A stretch of DNA of 64,000 nucleotides, taken from contig JAAOMT010000718.1 of NCBI GenBank assembly GCA_016748015.1, forward strand, positions 620,001-684,000. The letters run 5' to 3'. Position 1 is the stretch's first letter; each line of letters starts with the position of its first letter. Position numbers and translations under genes: made by a program. The stretch comes from Geosiphon pyriformis uo1. Taxonomy: Eukaryota; Fungi; Glomeromycota. Below the pieces are notes generated by a model. The model had not been told where the DNA came from and did not search any database. It was given only the letters and a program-made list of their open reading frames with translations. This document shows, piece after piece, positions 1 to 12,154 of this stretch.

Positions 1-3000
1 ATATGAGCATGAACAATATGGTTTCAATAGTTACAGAAACAAAGTTGAAAAGTAAAGTTCATCTGTGGATTGCTAATAGGTTTGCTGGTATTCGAGTTTT
101 CATTTCTGATTTGGATTCGGGTCATCTTGGTTTAGGTGTGGCTATTGTTATGGATACTGCTTTGGCCAGACATATATGTAAAGTCTCCGAAGTCTCTGGC
201 CATCTTCTTTCTGTCAGGTTACTTTTTAAGAATAAACTCTTGGTTTCTATTTTGGGTCTGTATGTTGGCGCGTCGGCTTTGGTGCATTTCTCTTAGGCTG
301 ATGATGTGAATGCTTTGATTGCTAGGGCTGTAAATGAATCCTCCTTCGTAGTCTTGGGTGGTGACTTCAATGAAGATGGTTTGCATAAAAGTGCCAGTTT
401 CAAAAAATGTAGTAGCTTGGGTCTGGTCAACTCTCTTGTCGGTAGTCAGTTTTTAAAGGTTCCAACATGGAGTAATTCCCGAGGTGTAACAAAGACAATT
501 GATTATCTTTTTGTGTCTCCCAGCTTGATCAATGCTATTGTGGGTTGTGATATTCTGGATGTGGTTGATTTCTTTGATACTGACCACTGAGCCATCTCAG
601 CGTCAATTGGTTTGGATGGTCTTTTGGACACATGTTTGTGTTCTGTCTGCAAGCAGGCCAATAAAGATTGTTGGAAATACAATTTCAAGAATGCTAATGT
701 TGTCTTATAATTGAAATTCAAAAGATGTCACAGCAGTGAATGCTGCCATGTTCTCTGATAATTTCATGGCTGCCAGACAACTGTCAGATTTGGATGTGAT
801 ATGGGATGCTGTTCACAAGACAATGTGCTTTTCGGCGGATAAAGTTTTCAAGAAGAATTGGTTTAAGGATTATGACGGCATTTTTACCAAGAGTTCATCC
901 AGGTTCCACAAGTTAGAACTTTTAATGTTCAAATTGGTCAAGGCATTTTGTTTTGTTGATTATAATGGGTTTATATCACTGCTCGATACTTGGGTTTCAC
1001 TTGATTCTTTTAATGCTGCTGTAGTAAGGTCTCTTTTTCTTTCAGAGTCTCCTTTTGACGTCATTCGTTCAGCTCTGTCCAAAGCCAGGAAATTTTATTG
1101 TGCCTCGAAGTTGTCAGAATCGAAACGTGTTGAAGACTCACAAATCAGATCTGCCATTGATAAGAGGATGGAAAGCTTTGAATTCACCAAGGGTCATACT
1201 ATTAGAAGTGTCTTGGAAAGACCCTTTTGTAGGGTGGTTTTAGATCATTTGGTCATTGGTAATGAGCTATATTTGGAACCTGATCCTGTTAAAACTAAGA
1301 TAGATGAGATTATAAAGGGGTGGACTCATAAATGTGAAGTGGTTCTTGATATTCCAAGAGATTGGTCTTGCCAATATTAGCCTTTGGAATACGTTTTTAA
1401 TGGTGCTTTTTCAAATGTTATGAGCTGTGTTAGCTTTGTTGAAATGTTTAACGTGGTCTCTAGTTTACCTAATGGAAAGGCTGCTGGTCTCTCAGGCATC
1501 TTCAATGAACTTTGAAAGCATTGTGACAAATCTGTTCTTGATATGCTCTTGGTGCTTATTAATTCTTGTCTCTGTGGTGAATCAGTGCCCGGTGCTTGGA
1601 AGGATGCCTGGGTATCAATGATTCCCAAATCTTATGAATGGGAGGGCATGCTTACGAACACTCATCCTATTGCTTTGATTGAAACAGCTCAGAAAATCCT
1701 TTCCAAGATTTTCTCTGATAGAATCTTTTTGGCATATAGCAAGTTTAACATTCTTTGTGAGGACAATTTTTCAGTTCTCAAAGGCACTATGACTCAGTCT
1801 CCCATTTTTGCAATTGGTTTGGTAATTGAGAATGCCCTTGAAAAAAACCGGGAGCTCTGGCTGGTTTTGCAAGACATGAGAAAAGCATATGACTTGGTTG
1901 GTTGGGAACATCTTAAGAAAAGTTTGGTTAGAATAAAGATGTGCAGCAAATTTATTAGGTTTTTTGGGAATATTCATGGTGGTCGTACCAACTGGGTGAT
2001 GACTGATTTTGGATTGACAAAGGATTATCATGTACATGATGGCTTGGACCAAAAGGAGATGTTCTTACCGCTTCTTTGGCATATTTTTTATGATCCTCTC
2101 TTGTGCGAAGTTAAGAGGCAGAAGAGTGTGTGTGGTTACAAGTTAATTTCTCGTTTCGTTACTAAGATGGGCTGTATGGAGTCTTAGGCTGGATTGTCAT
2201 CTTTTTTTGCTGCTGACACTTTTGTGAATGATACGATCTGGGTGAGTAGCAGTCAGACTGCTACTCAGCACATTCTTAATGTTGCTAGTGAATTTTTCCG
2301 CATCAATGATATTTCTATTAATAATGATAAAACTATAGCCATTCCGATTAATTACTGTATCAGAGCTCCTTCTCTTTTTATCAGTGGGTCTCCCATTTCT
2401 ATAGCCAAATCAGATGAATCGTATCGTTACCTGAGTATTTTTTTGTCATTTGAGGGACTGTCAAAGCCCAGTCTGGTAAAAGTGCATTCAGATGTTCGTT
2501 TTTTTACCAACTTGGTTCTGAGAAAGACCATGTCAGACAAACAGTTTCTATATTTGGTATCAGCTGTCCTTCACCCTATCATTAGTTATAGGACTCAATT
2601 CAGTTTTGTTCCTGTTAATATGTGTAACAAGTGGGATTCTTTGGTTCATAAAGGCTTAAAGTCCAAGTCTGGATTGACCCTTGATTTTTCTAATGACACA
2701 ATTCACCATCTTTCTTTCTATGGTTTGAAATCTTTTGCCCAAATTCAATCAGAGAGTAAAGTCACTTCCCTTATTTGTTTTGCAAACTCATCTGGAATCC
2801 TGGGTCACCTATTCTCTCACAGGTCTCATAATTTACAAGTTTTGTGTTGGTGTCCGGTGCATCCTTTAAGTGTTCATGTTCGTGTTCATGTCAGTCCTTT
2901 GAATAATTTCTTGGTAGGTATTGTTCACATTTTCCTCGATGGCAATTTATTTTTAAGTGGTTCTTTTGATAATTCATTTTGGCTTTGTGGTGGAGTATTC

Positions 3001-4243
3001 ATGTCTGATGTTCTCGGCGAGTCTAGATTCATCAAGTTTCTTCCTTCACTCCAGTGATATGGCATTGCCTTCGTTAACCAACTCCATGATTGTCATGGTG
3101 CAGTGTTTGACTGGTACAAATTCAAGTGGTGGAAGAGATTGGACCCCCGTGGCCCGACTCCTGAGTGGTTTGTGCTTTCTGTCAAGTTTCTTCTTGATAT
3201 GTCGTCTTCTTGTGCCCTCTCTCTTACTTTGGTTGGTGTGGGTCTTCAGAGTGTTCTCGCATCTCCTGGCTTCATGTTGGTTCGTGATCAGCTCTTCCAA
3301 CTTCCTCATGGTGACGTTTCTGTTTATATGGATGGGTCTCTAACAAACCTTGGTACCAGAAATTATGTGGCTGGGACTGGGGTTTTTTTTAGTGACATTG
3401 ATCTGGGTTTGGGCATTGGTGTGTCAGGTTTGTTATCTTCTAATTTGGCAAAAATACAAGCTATTGCACTGGCTCTGGAGTGTGTCTCCTCTTCTAGCTT
3501 TGTTCGACTGTTCTTTGATAGTCAAGCTGCTTTGGATGCCTGTAAGTCTGAGTTGGGTCTGATGTGTCCGAATTTTCGCAATCCTTGTTGGGTCGAACGC
3601 CAGCTTATTGTGAATACTATTCATGACAGGAATTTGATGGTGGAATGGCACAAGGTAAAAGATCACTCCAGTATAATTGGAAATGAACAAGCAGATGCTA
3701 TTGCCAGAGCTTCTTCTCACTCTGGCTGGTTTCTTCCTTTGCAATTGAATGTGTGCTTTTTGTTAGTAGACAGTCATGCCATTTCTGGCAATTCTAGACA
3801 TTTTGTTCGTGATATTTTTTGTTCAGTTTGTCATGTGCACTGGGAAATTGGCTCTGGTTCTAAATTTTTGTCTGCTAGCTTGCTTGTGAATATTGATTGG
3901 CTCTGCTCCTCACTGGTATGGCATCCTGATTCACATATAGCCACTGGCCACACTAGCAAGCCCATGGCGAATGCATGCACTTTTTTCATGAAGGCATTGC
4001 ACTACCAGCTGCCTGTTGTAGTTAGAAAATGCCTGTATAACAGACAGTACCTTAGCGTTTTGTGCTTATATTGTGGCGAGATGGAAACATTGGATCATGT
4101 TTTCTCTTGTGAGATTGATAAGTCTGCGCATTTCCAGATACTAAGTACATGTTTTAAATCTTGGATGGAGCTTTCTGGTCTATTTCTCTTTTCTTCCTGT
4201 GTGCTGCAGTTGTTGTCTTCTTGTGCTTCTGATGTTTTTGTGT
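1..4243 (+). mobile_element. LINE-1 (non-LTR retrotransposon), ORF2 pseudogene, 5' part; window starts inside the endonuclease domain
   Basis: One frame broken by stops. APE motifs (TETK, LGGDFNE, TIDY, TDH), RT (PIALIET, LQDMRKAYD, FVNDT), RNase H (YMDGS, WHKVKDHS..IGNEQAD) and C-terminal CxxC..H..C. Interrupted at 4243 by the Gypsy insertion. Confidence 0.95.
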
Positions 4244-5228
4244 TGTTATCAGATGAAATTAGAGATATCATTTAGCATGAAACTATCTTATAATTCCTAT
4301 CATTAATTAGCATATATTATCATTTCAAATTATCACTTATTACATTAGCAAAAATGTCCGAAATTATCATTTAATTAATAACCCAAATTGTATACAACAC
4401 AAATATAACCTAATTGCGATAATCAATTATGCAATACCCTGAACTATGTAACATTCAAAAGTTCACCAAAATTTATAGAAATTTGCCAAAATAATTGATA
4501 GTTCACTGAAATATCTAATAGTTCGCAGAAATAACTTGTAGTTCACCGAAATGTATCTTTAGTTTAGCAAAATTGTAGAAAATAGCAAAGTTCAAGTTTA
4601 TAGAATAGTGTTATGACAAGTTGTATAAAAGAAGAGCTTTTTTTTTCAAGAAAATGTATCTTACTTTAGATTTATCACTTAGAACCATTCCTATACACAC
4701 AAAAAGAAATANNNNNNNNNNNNNNNNNNNNNNNNNNNNNNNNNNNNNNNNNNNNNNNNNNNNNNNNNNNNNNNNNNNNNNNNNNNNNNNNNNNNNNNNN
4801 NNNNNNNNNNNNNNNNNNNNNNNNNNNNNNNNNNNNNNNNNNNNNNNNNNNNNNNNNNNNNNNNNNNNNNTTCCATTTCTTTTACATCTTTTTATTTTCT
4901 TTTTATTTTCTTACTATAATTATTAGGGTAGTCTACAGACAAGATTTCTGTAGAAGAGTTGACTTTCACAGCAAAGTAACTATACATTTTAGTGAGCTTC
5001 CAGACAAGCAATTTCTGAGAAAGAGTTGACATTTACTACAACATAACTACATAAAGTAACTGGCATGGAATTGGTCATTCCACTTATAAGCCCAACAATT
5101 CAAATTATAAGAGATAATTTGAAGATAAATTCAGTTATTGGAGGTTCAACCACATCCAGAAAACGTGAATTCACAGCAAACAAGCATCAACAACATTTAA
5201 GAAAAGAGACCAAAAACCTCCAGTAACA
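4244..5228 (+). repeat. 5' LTR, family A copy 1 (contains N-gap)
   Basis: Direct repeat of 12843-13819; termini TGTTATCAGA...TCCAGTAACA. Confidence 0.95.
4461..4630 (+). promoter_or_regulatory. Candidate U3 enhancer repeats plus TATA box
   Basis: About six ~20-bp-spaced GTTCRCCGAAAT-like units, followed by TATAAAA at 4624-4630 that is conserved in the family A LTRs. Confidence 0.5.
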
Positions 5229-5230
5229 TT

Positions 5231-5246
5231 TGGTGCTCTTTCACGG
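5231..5246 (+). other. Primer-binding site TGGTGCTCT(T/C)TCACGG
   Basis: Lies 2 nt after the LTR end, begins with TGG (complement of tRNA CCA), and is conserved in copy 2. Confidence 0.85.
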
Positions 5247-5273
5247 AAACAACACAGCAAAAACAACTTCAAA

Positions 5274-8200
5274 GTGGCAACCACACCAGACACAACAACT
5301 CTAGAGTATTACCAGTCAATTTACACCCACTGCAAGCAAAGATTCAACATTCCAGACGGAATTGAAGTTGTCAAGAAATCAGTATACCAATACATTGAAA
5401 ACCATATCAACAATTATCTTTTTGGAAATTACAATATCTCAGAAGTTAGAAGCAATCTTTACAATAATTTAGCACACTATTTACAGTTGGGAACTGAAGA
5501 CCTTAACAGTGAAACACTTGCCACTTACTTTCANNNNNNNNNNNNNNNNNNNNNNNNNNNNNNNNNNNNNNNNNNNNNNNNNNNNNNNNNNNNNNNNNNN
5601 NNNNNNNNNNNNNNNNNNNNNNNNNNNNNNNNNNNNNNNNNNNNNNNNNNNNNNNNNNNNNNNNNNNNNNNNNNNNNNNNNNNNNNNNNNNNNNNNNNNN
5701 NNNNNNNNNNNNNNNNNNNNNNNNNNNNNNNNNNNNNNNNNNNNNNNNNNNNNNNNNNNNNNNNNNNNNNNNNNNNNNNNNNNNNNNNNNNNNNNNNNNN
5801 NNNNNNNNNNNNNNNNNNNNNNNNNNNNNNNNNNNNNNNNNNNNNNNNNNNNNNNNNNNNNNNNNNNNNNNNNNNNNNNNNNNNNNNNNNNNNNNNNNNN
5901 NNNNNNNNNNNNNNNNNNNNNNNNNNNNNNNNNNNNNNNNNNNNNNNNNNNNNNNNNNNNNNNNNNNNNNNNNNNNNNNNNNNNNNNNNNNNNNNNNNNN
6001 NNNNNNNNNNNNNNNNNNNNNNNNNNNNNNNNNNNNNNNNNNNNNNNNNNNNNNNNNNNNNNNNNNNNNNNNNNNNNNNNNNNNNNNNNNNNNNNNNNNN
6101 NNNNNNNNNNNNNNNNNNNNNNNNNNNNNNNNNNNNNNNNNNNNNNNNNNNNNNNNNNNNNNNNNNNNNNNNNNNNNNNNNNNNNNNNNNNNNNNNNNNN
6201 NNNNNNNNNNNNNNNNNNNNNGCTCAAATCTTGGATCAATTTATTGCTGGTCTAAAAGATAAACTAATTAAAAAGGTTCGCCCACATGCGCCAGAAGATT
6301 TAAACTCTGCCATACAGCATGTGAAAAGATACGAAATGGCCATGGAAGAGGCCAACCACACAAAACTTGTAAATTTGGCAATTGGAGAAACCAGCTCAGC
6401 AGCTGAGGAAAAAATTGACCAACTCACAAAGAAGGTTGAAAACTATTTCACCAATCAACAACAACAGCAACCCCAAAGATATCAACCACCCCAAAGACAA
6501 AATCAAAATAACTTTGCACCACTTTCCAATAACCAGTCTCAAAATTGCCATTACTGTGGAATCTTTGGCCACTGGAAAAGAGATTGCAGAAAGCTACAAT
6601 GAGACCAACAAAATAGGAGTAATCAACGTTATCCTCCACCACAGCAATTTTATTATCAACCACCACCATCACCTTACTATCCACCAAGACCCCAATACCA
6701 AAATAACTATTATTAGCCCGCCCCACAGCCAATCTCACAGCAATACCAACAACTGCTTATACAACATTATCAAGTACCTGCTCAAAGACTGCTTACACAA
6801 AATCAATTCACACCACAAAACCAATACCAAATAAACAACAATAGAATCAGTTCGAACAACCAATTGGTTCTCTGAAATACCACTCAACCAAGACCCAACC
6901 ACTACCACACTCAACCCAGTTATTTAACAATGCCAGAAGAACAAGATTTTCATCATACTGCATTCTTGGAAGGTAGAGCTGCAGCACAACAACAACAAAA
7001 CCCTTCTTATACTCCCACTACAATTCCACCAGCCAGAATCACTGAAAACACTAACCTTTCAGATATATTCTCTTTTGAATTCAAAGCAAATAAGTCACCA
7101 TTTCTGCTTAGCAATGCAGTTGCCAATGAACAAAAAGCAATCATGGCCATGTACACTGAAGCCAAAGTCGAAAGAAAGACAATTTGCTTGATCTTAGACA
7201 GTAGATCTGCCGGAAGCATTATCACCTACCAGTTAATACAACAGTTGAAAAGAAATGTTGACTGACCAGCTCAAACAGTAATCGTCACTGCCGATGGCAT
7301 GAAAAAGACCTCAGTAGGAGAAATTGACAATTTTCCATTCACTCTTGATGGAATCACCATTCCAGTCAAAGTTCTTGTAATGGACGCACCCCAGTACCAA
7401 GCTCTCATCAGAAATGATTGGCTTCAAAAAGCCAATGCTAATCTGAATTGGAAAACACAAGAGTTAACAATCTCCTACCAAGGACAACACACCCAGGTAC
7501 CTGTCACTTGTGGTACATTTAACAAACGCTCTGAAAAAGCCCCAGCTTTTGAATTCGAACCGGAAGAGGAAAAACCTCTCATTGAAACATTCATGGCTCT
7601 TGGATTAACGTCCAACTGGGCCAATAAAACAAAACAAGAACATTTTACCCTACACACTAAACCCGAAACCTCTGGATAGAATATCCCTTACTCAAAACCC
7701 AAACCAAAGAAACAACACCCCTATATTCCCCTTAAATGTAAAGACTGCCACAAGAAACTATTGTCAATGGGAGCCTGCATTTCACCTGAAGAAGAATATG
7801 AGAATCATACTTGTTATTACTGCAAGGCTTGCCACAGAGAACGATGGGGCCATCTAATAAAAAGAAGCAGAAAATGGGACAACACCCTTTGTTTGACTTG
7901 TGGAGATATGCTACTGGAAGAATGCAATTGGATTGATGTAGCCATGAGAAGAGAAGTCTGCGATCAGACCTGCCAATATGCTTTATCAATTTCAGAAAAA
8001 GTAAAAAGAGGAACACCCTTTAATGTGGCATACAACAGTGCTCTCAACAAACTTTATCACTACTCCCATAATGCTAAGATGATTTTCGACCTAGCAATGG
8101 CATTAATTAATGAAGCTACCAAAGAAGATATTTGCCAAATGAAGAAAACAGAATATATTGAATACACCATGGAATTAGCTGGATTTGATTACAAAGATAA

Positions 8201-10731
8201 AGTAGAAGTCTACCACCAAATTGCAAGTCATACCTACCCAACTTAAGAAGCTCAAATTCAATGATTAGAGCAAATAAACATTAGGCTATGTGAAGAATGC
8301 ATTATGTCTTACAATAAACAGTGGTGTTCTGAATGCTATGCTCTTAGTATTCCTTTGCCCAGCAAAAATGATGAGAATGAAATTGAATTTGGAGAACCTG
8401 AAGCAATGGAAGAAAGTGAAACAACACCTATCTACCTTATTGAAAATCAGCCTGCCTTACAACTTAAATACTTCAACAACAACAGACAAGAAATAAAACC
8501 TGAAAAAGCACATGAAATTGATGCTGGATATGATCTAAGATATCCAGGCAAGGATACTCTTGTTCTCAAACCCAAATCCCTCACAAAAATCAACCTAAAA
8601 ATTGCACTCGAAATCCTGCCAGGAGCAATGGTTCAAATCACCTCCCAGTCCTCTCTGGCAAGCAAAGAAATCAATGTCAAAGGAAGAATAATTGATGCTG
8701 GATATACTGGAAACATTACAGTGATGCTTCAAAACAAAACTGACAAACCATTCAAGATCGAACATGCTGAAAAAATTGCCCAAGCTATTTATCTACCCTT
8801 AATCAACATTTTGGGTTTGCAACTAATCAATCAAAAAAAACAATTAGGAAAAAGTGATAGAGGAACCCAAGGTTTTGGTTCAACTGGACAATTCACAGTT
8901 CCAGTTAATATAACTCTTAACACACAGAACAAATCTTACCAGATTTTCAGACTTCCACAACTGATTACCATCTCACCCTTTGGAGAACATCCAAAAATTT
9001 ACACCTGCCCAAAGCCAACCACCACACAACAAATTTTTGAGTTCAATGAACAAGTCTGCTTGGAACATAATATTTCAATCCCAAATATTTATATTCCAGA
9101 AGGAACAAAGAAAGTCCGAGTTACTTTTTACAACCCCAATAATTACCCCATAATTTTATTAAATAATTTAGAAATTGGAGTTATTCACAGTAATATATTT
9201 CAACAAAAATTACCCCAAACAGTCCCTGATTTCTCTGAAATTATTGAACATTCAATACCAAAAATTAATCCAAACTCCAGCTCCGAAAACTACCATGTTG
9301 TCATGAAAAAACTATCTCGAATCAACATGGGACAACTTGAACCACAACAACAGATCCAGCTCAAAGAGCTAATTGCAGAATTTGCTAATATCTTCGCTGA
9401 AAACAACAATGACTTAGGAAGAACCAATTTGGTCCAACACCAAATTTATACAGGAAATGCCAAACCAAGAAGACAATAAGCATATCGAGTTGCTCCAGAA
9501 AGCCACCAATTTATCTGAAAAGAAGTATAACAAATGCTTAACAATGGGCTCATCCAACTCTCCATAAGTCCTTAGGCTTCATCTGTAGTACTAGTTAAAA
9601 CAAAAAATGGAAAAGATCCGATTTTGTGTTGACTATCGACAACTCAACAGTGTTACAATTGGAGACGCCTACCCCCTTCCCCAGATTAATGACATGTTAG
9701 ATGCCTTTGGAAAATCCAAATACTTTTCAACACTAGATTTAAAAAGCAGTTACTGGCAAATTGCTATGAATCCCAAAGATCACCCCAAAACAGCATTTAC
9801 TACTCAAGGCAAAAATTACAAGTTCAATGTAATGTCTTTCGGATTATACAATGCACTAGCAATATTTCAGAGATTAATGAATGTTGTGTACTAAGGACTT
9901 CTTTGGAAGTCAATAGTTGTTTATCTTGACAATACTGATGTTTATCCTCCATCATTCGAATTACACTTAAAACACCTGCGAGAAGTTTTTCAATGATTAT
10001 GAAAAGCAAGACTAAAACTCAATATTGAAAAATGCTACTTTGGAAAAACAAGCCTGACCTTTCTTGGTCATATCGTTAGTAAAGATGGAATCAAACCAGA
10101 CCCTGGAAAAATCAGCATTGTTAAAAATTTCAAAACTTTTCGAAACACTACAGAACTAAGAGAATTCATAGGATTAGCATCCTACTATCGGAAGTTTATC
10201 AAAAAATTCTCGGAAATTGCAAAACCTCTCAATCAGCTCACCACCAAAAACATCAAATACAAATGGACTACCAAACACCAAAAAGCTTTTGAAATTCTCA
10301 AGGAAAAACTGACAACAGCTCCAATTCTCGCCTAGCCGGATTTCAGCAACTGATTTCGACTAGCTACAAATGCTTCGTATACTGCCTTTGGTGCCATCTT
10401 ATCACAACTAGATGACAACAGAAATGAGCGAGTAATTGCTTATGCTAGCAGAACATTAAAACCAGTTGAGAAAAACTACCCTGCCACAGAACTAGAAACA
10501 GCAGCCATAATTTGGGCTCTACACTACTTCAACCTTTATCTCAGGTCTAAAGAATTTGATATTATCACTGATAATATTGGACTCAAATGGCTTCAGAACA
10601 AAAATACTCAGCTGAATGCAAAACAAACCCAATGGACAGGATTTCTAGCAAACTATTAATACATAGTACATCACAAACCAGGAAAACTCTACACCAATGT
10701 TGACTGTCTCTCCAGAATAAGACAAAATTAG
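5274..10731 (+). pseudogene. gag-pol: Gag (CCHC knuckle), aspartic protease, Cys-rich region, dUTPase, RT, RNase H
   Basis: Single frame with nonsense codons and one frameshift near 9605. Motifs: CHYCGIFGHWKRDC, ILDS(G)S, RFCVDYRQLN, FSTLDLKS.YWQ, ASRTL..EKNY. Confidence 0.93.
8460..8890 (+). pseudogene. Trimeric dUTPase domain within pol
   Basis: All five motifs: AGYDL, (R)SSLA, IIDAGYTG, KIAQ, RGTQGFGSTG. Also present in copy 2 at about 19780-20210. Confidence 0.93.
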
Positions 10732-11537
10732 AAAAAAAAAAAAAAAANNNNNNNNNNNNNNNNNNNNNNNNNNNNNNNNNNNNNNNNNNNNNNNNNNNNN
10801 NNNNNNNNNNNNNNNNNNNNNNNNNNNNNNNNNNNNNNNNNNNNNNNNNNNNNNNNNNNNNNNNNNNNNNNNNNNNNNNNNNNNNNNNNNNNNNNNNNNN
10901 NNNNNNNNNNNNNNNNNNNNNNNNNNNNNNNNNNNNNNNNNNNNNNNNNNNNNNNNNNNNNNNNNNNNNNNNNNNNNNNNNNNNNNNNNNNNNNNNNNNN
11001 NNNNNNNNNNNNNNNNNNNNNNNNNNNNNNNNNNNNNNNNNNNNNNNNNNNNNNNNNNNNNNNNNNNNNNNNNNNNNNNNNNNNNNNNNNNNNNNNNNNN
11101 NNNNNNNNNNNNNNNNNNNNNNNNNNNNNNNNNNNNNNNNNNNNNNNNNNNNNNNNNNNNNNNNNNNNNNNNNNNNNNNNNNNNNNNNNNNNNNNNNNNN
11201 NNNNNNNNNNNNNNNNNNNNNNNNNNNNNNNNNNNNNNNNNNNNNNNNNNNNNNNNNNNNNNNNNNNNNNNNNNNNNNNNNNNNNNNNNNNNNNNNNNNN
11301 NNNNNNNNNNNNNNNNNNNNNNNNNNNNNNNNNNNNNNNNNNNNNNNNNNNNNNNNNNNNNNNNNNNNNNNNNNNNNNNNNNNNNNNNNNNNNNNNNNNN
11401 NNNNNNNNNNNNNNNNNNNNNNNNNNNNNNNNNNNNNNNNNNNNNNNNNNNNNNNNNNNNNNNNNNNNNNNNNNNNNNNNNNNNNNNNNNNNNNNNNNNN
11501 NNNNNNNNNNNNNNNNNNNNNNNNNNNNNNNNNNNNN

Positions 11538-12033
11538 AACATATCCAGCACAACCAATTGATGAAAACAATTTCCAAGAAACACTTCAACGAAGAGTCTA
11601 CACTCTGCTTAGCACATTGGAAGGAAAATGACGAATAGCAGCCACCCATATTGAACACTCCCAAGCTCAACAAAAAGAATGGCATGATGACAAATTGCCT
11701 CCAGTCATCAATGAATTTAAAATTGGAAACAAAGTTCTTTTACACAGAACTAAAGCTAAAAAACAATGGAATGGAAAATTTGAAAATAAATGGGATGGAC
11801 CATTCTTTATCCATGAAGTTTTAGGCAATAGATCATACAAGCTAAGACTTGATGACAAAATTCTAGCAAAAGTTGCACATGGAGATGGTTTGAAACACTA
11901 TAATTCCAGAAACAATCCTGAACCATTAATTCCACAAATTGGTACACATTCCCCTTTAATCAATCCCAAAGACATTTCCTGAAATTTAGAACTAATAGTT
12001 GTCATTGAACAGCCTCCCAACTTAAACACTTAA
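11538..12033 (+). pseudogene. Integrase C-terminal region (GPF/Y module); catalytic core lies in the N-gap
   Basis: FKIGNKVLL..KFENKWDGPFFIHEVLGN.SYKL..HGD.LKHY. No chromodomain is recognisable. Confidence 0.85.
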
Positions 12034-12154
12034 TTTAAATTTATTATTATAGTTATCTTCTTATAATTTAGAAACAATCTCACAAAAACAAAACAAAAAT
12101 AACATAAAAACCCATGCACCAAAAATAATTTTCTTTTATTTCAAATTGCTTATA

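Noticed and set aside
5165-5223. GT-AG intron joining the LTR ORF to Gag
   Set aside because: The AG exists only where an ancestral CCGG decayed to CCAG; other LTRs read CCGG or CTGG.
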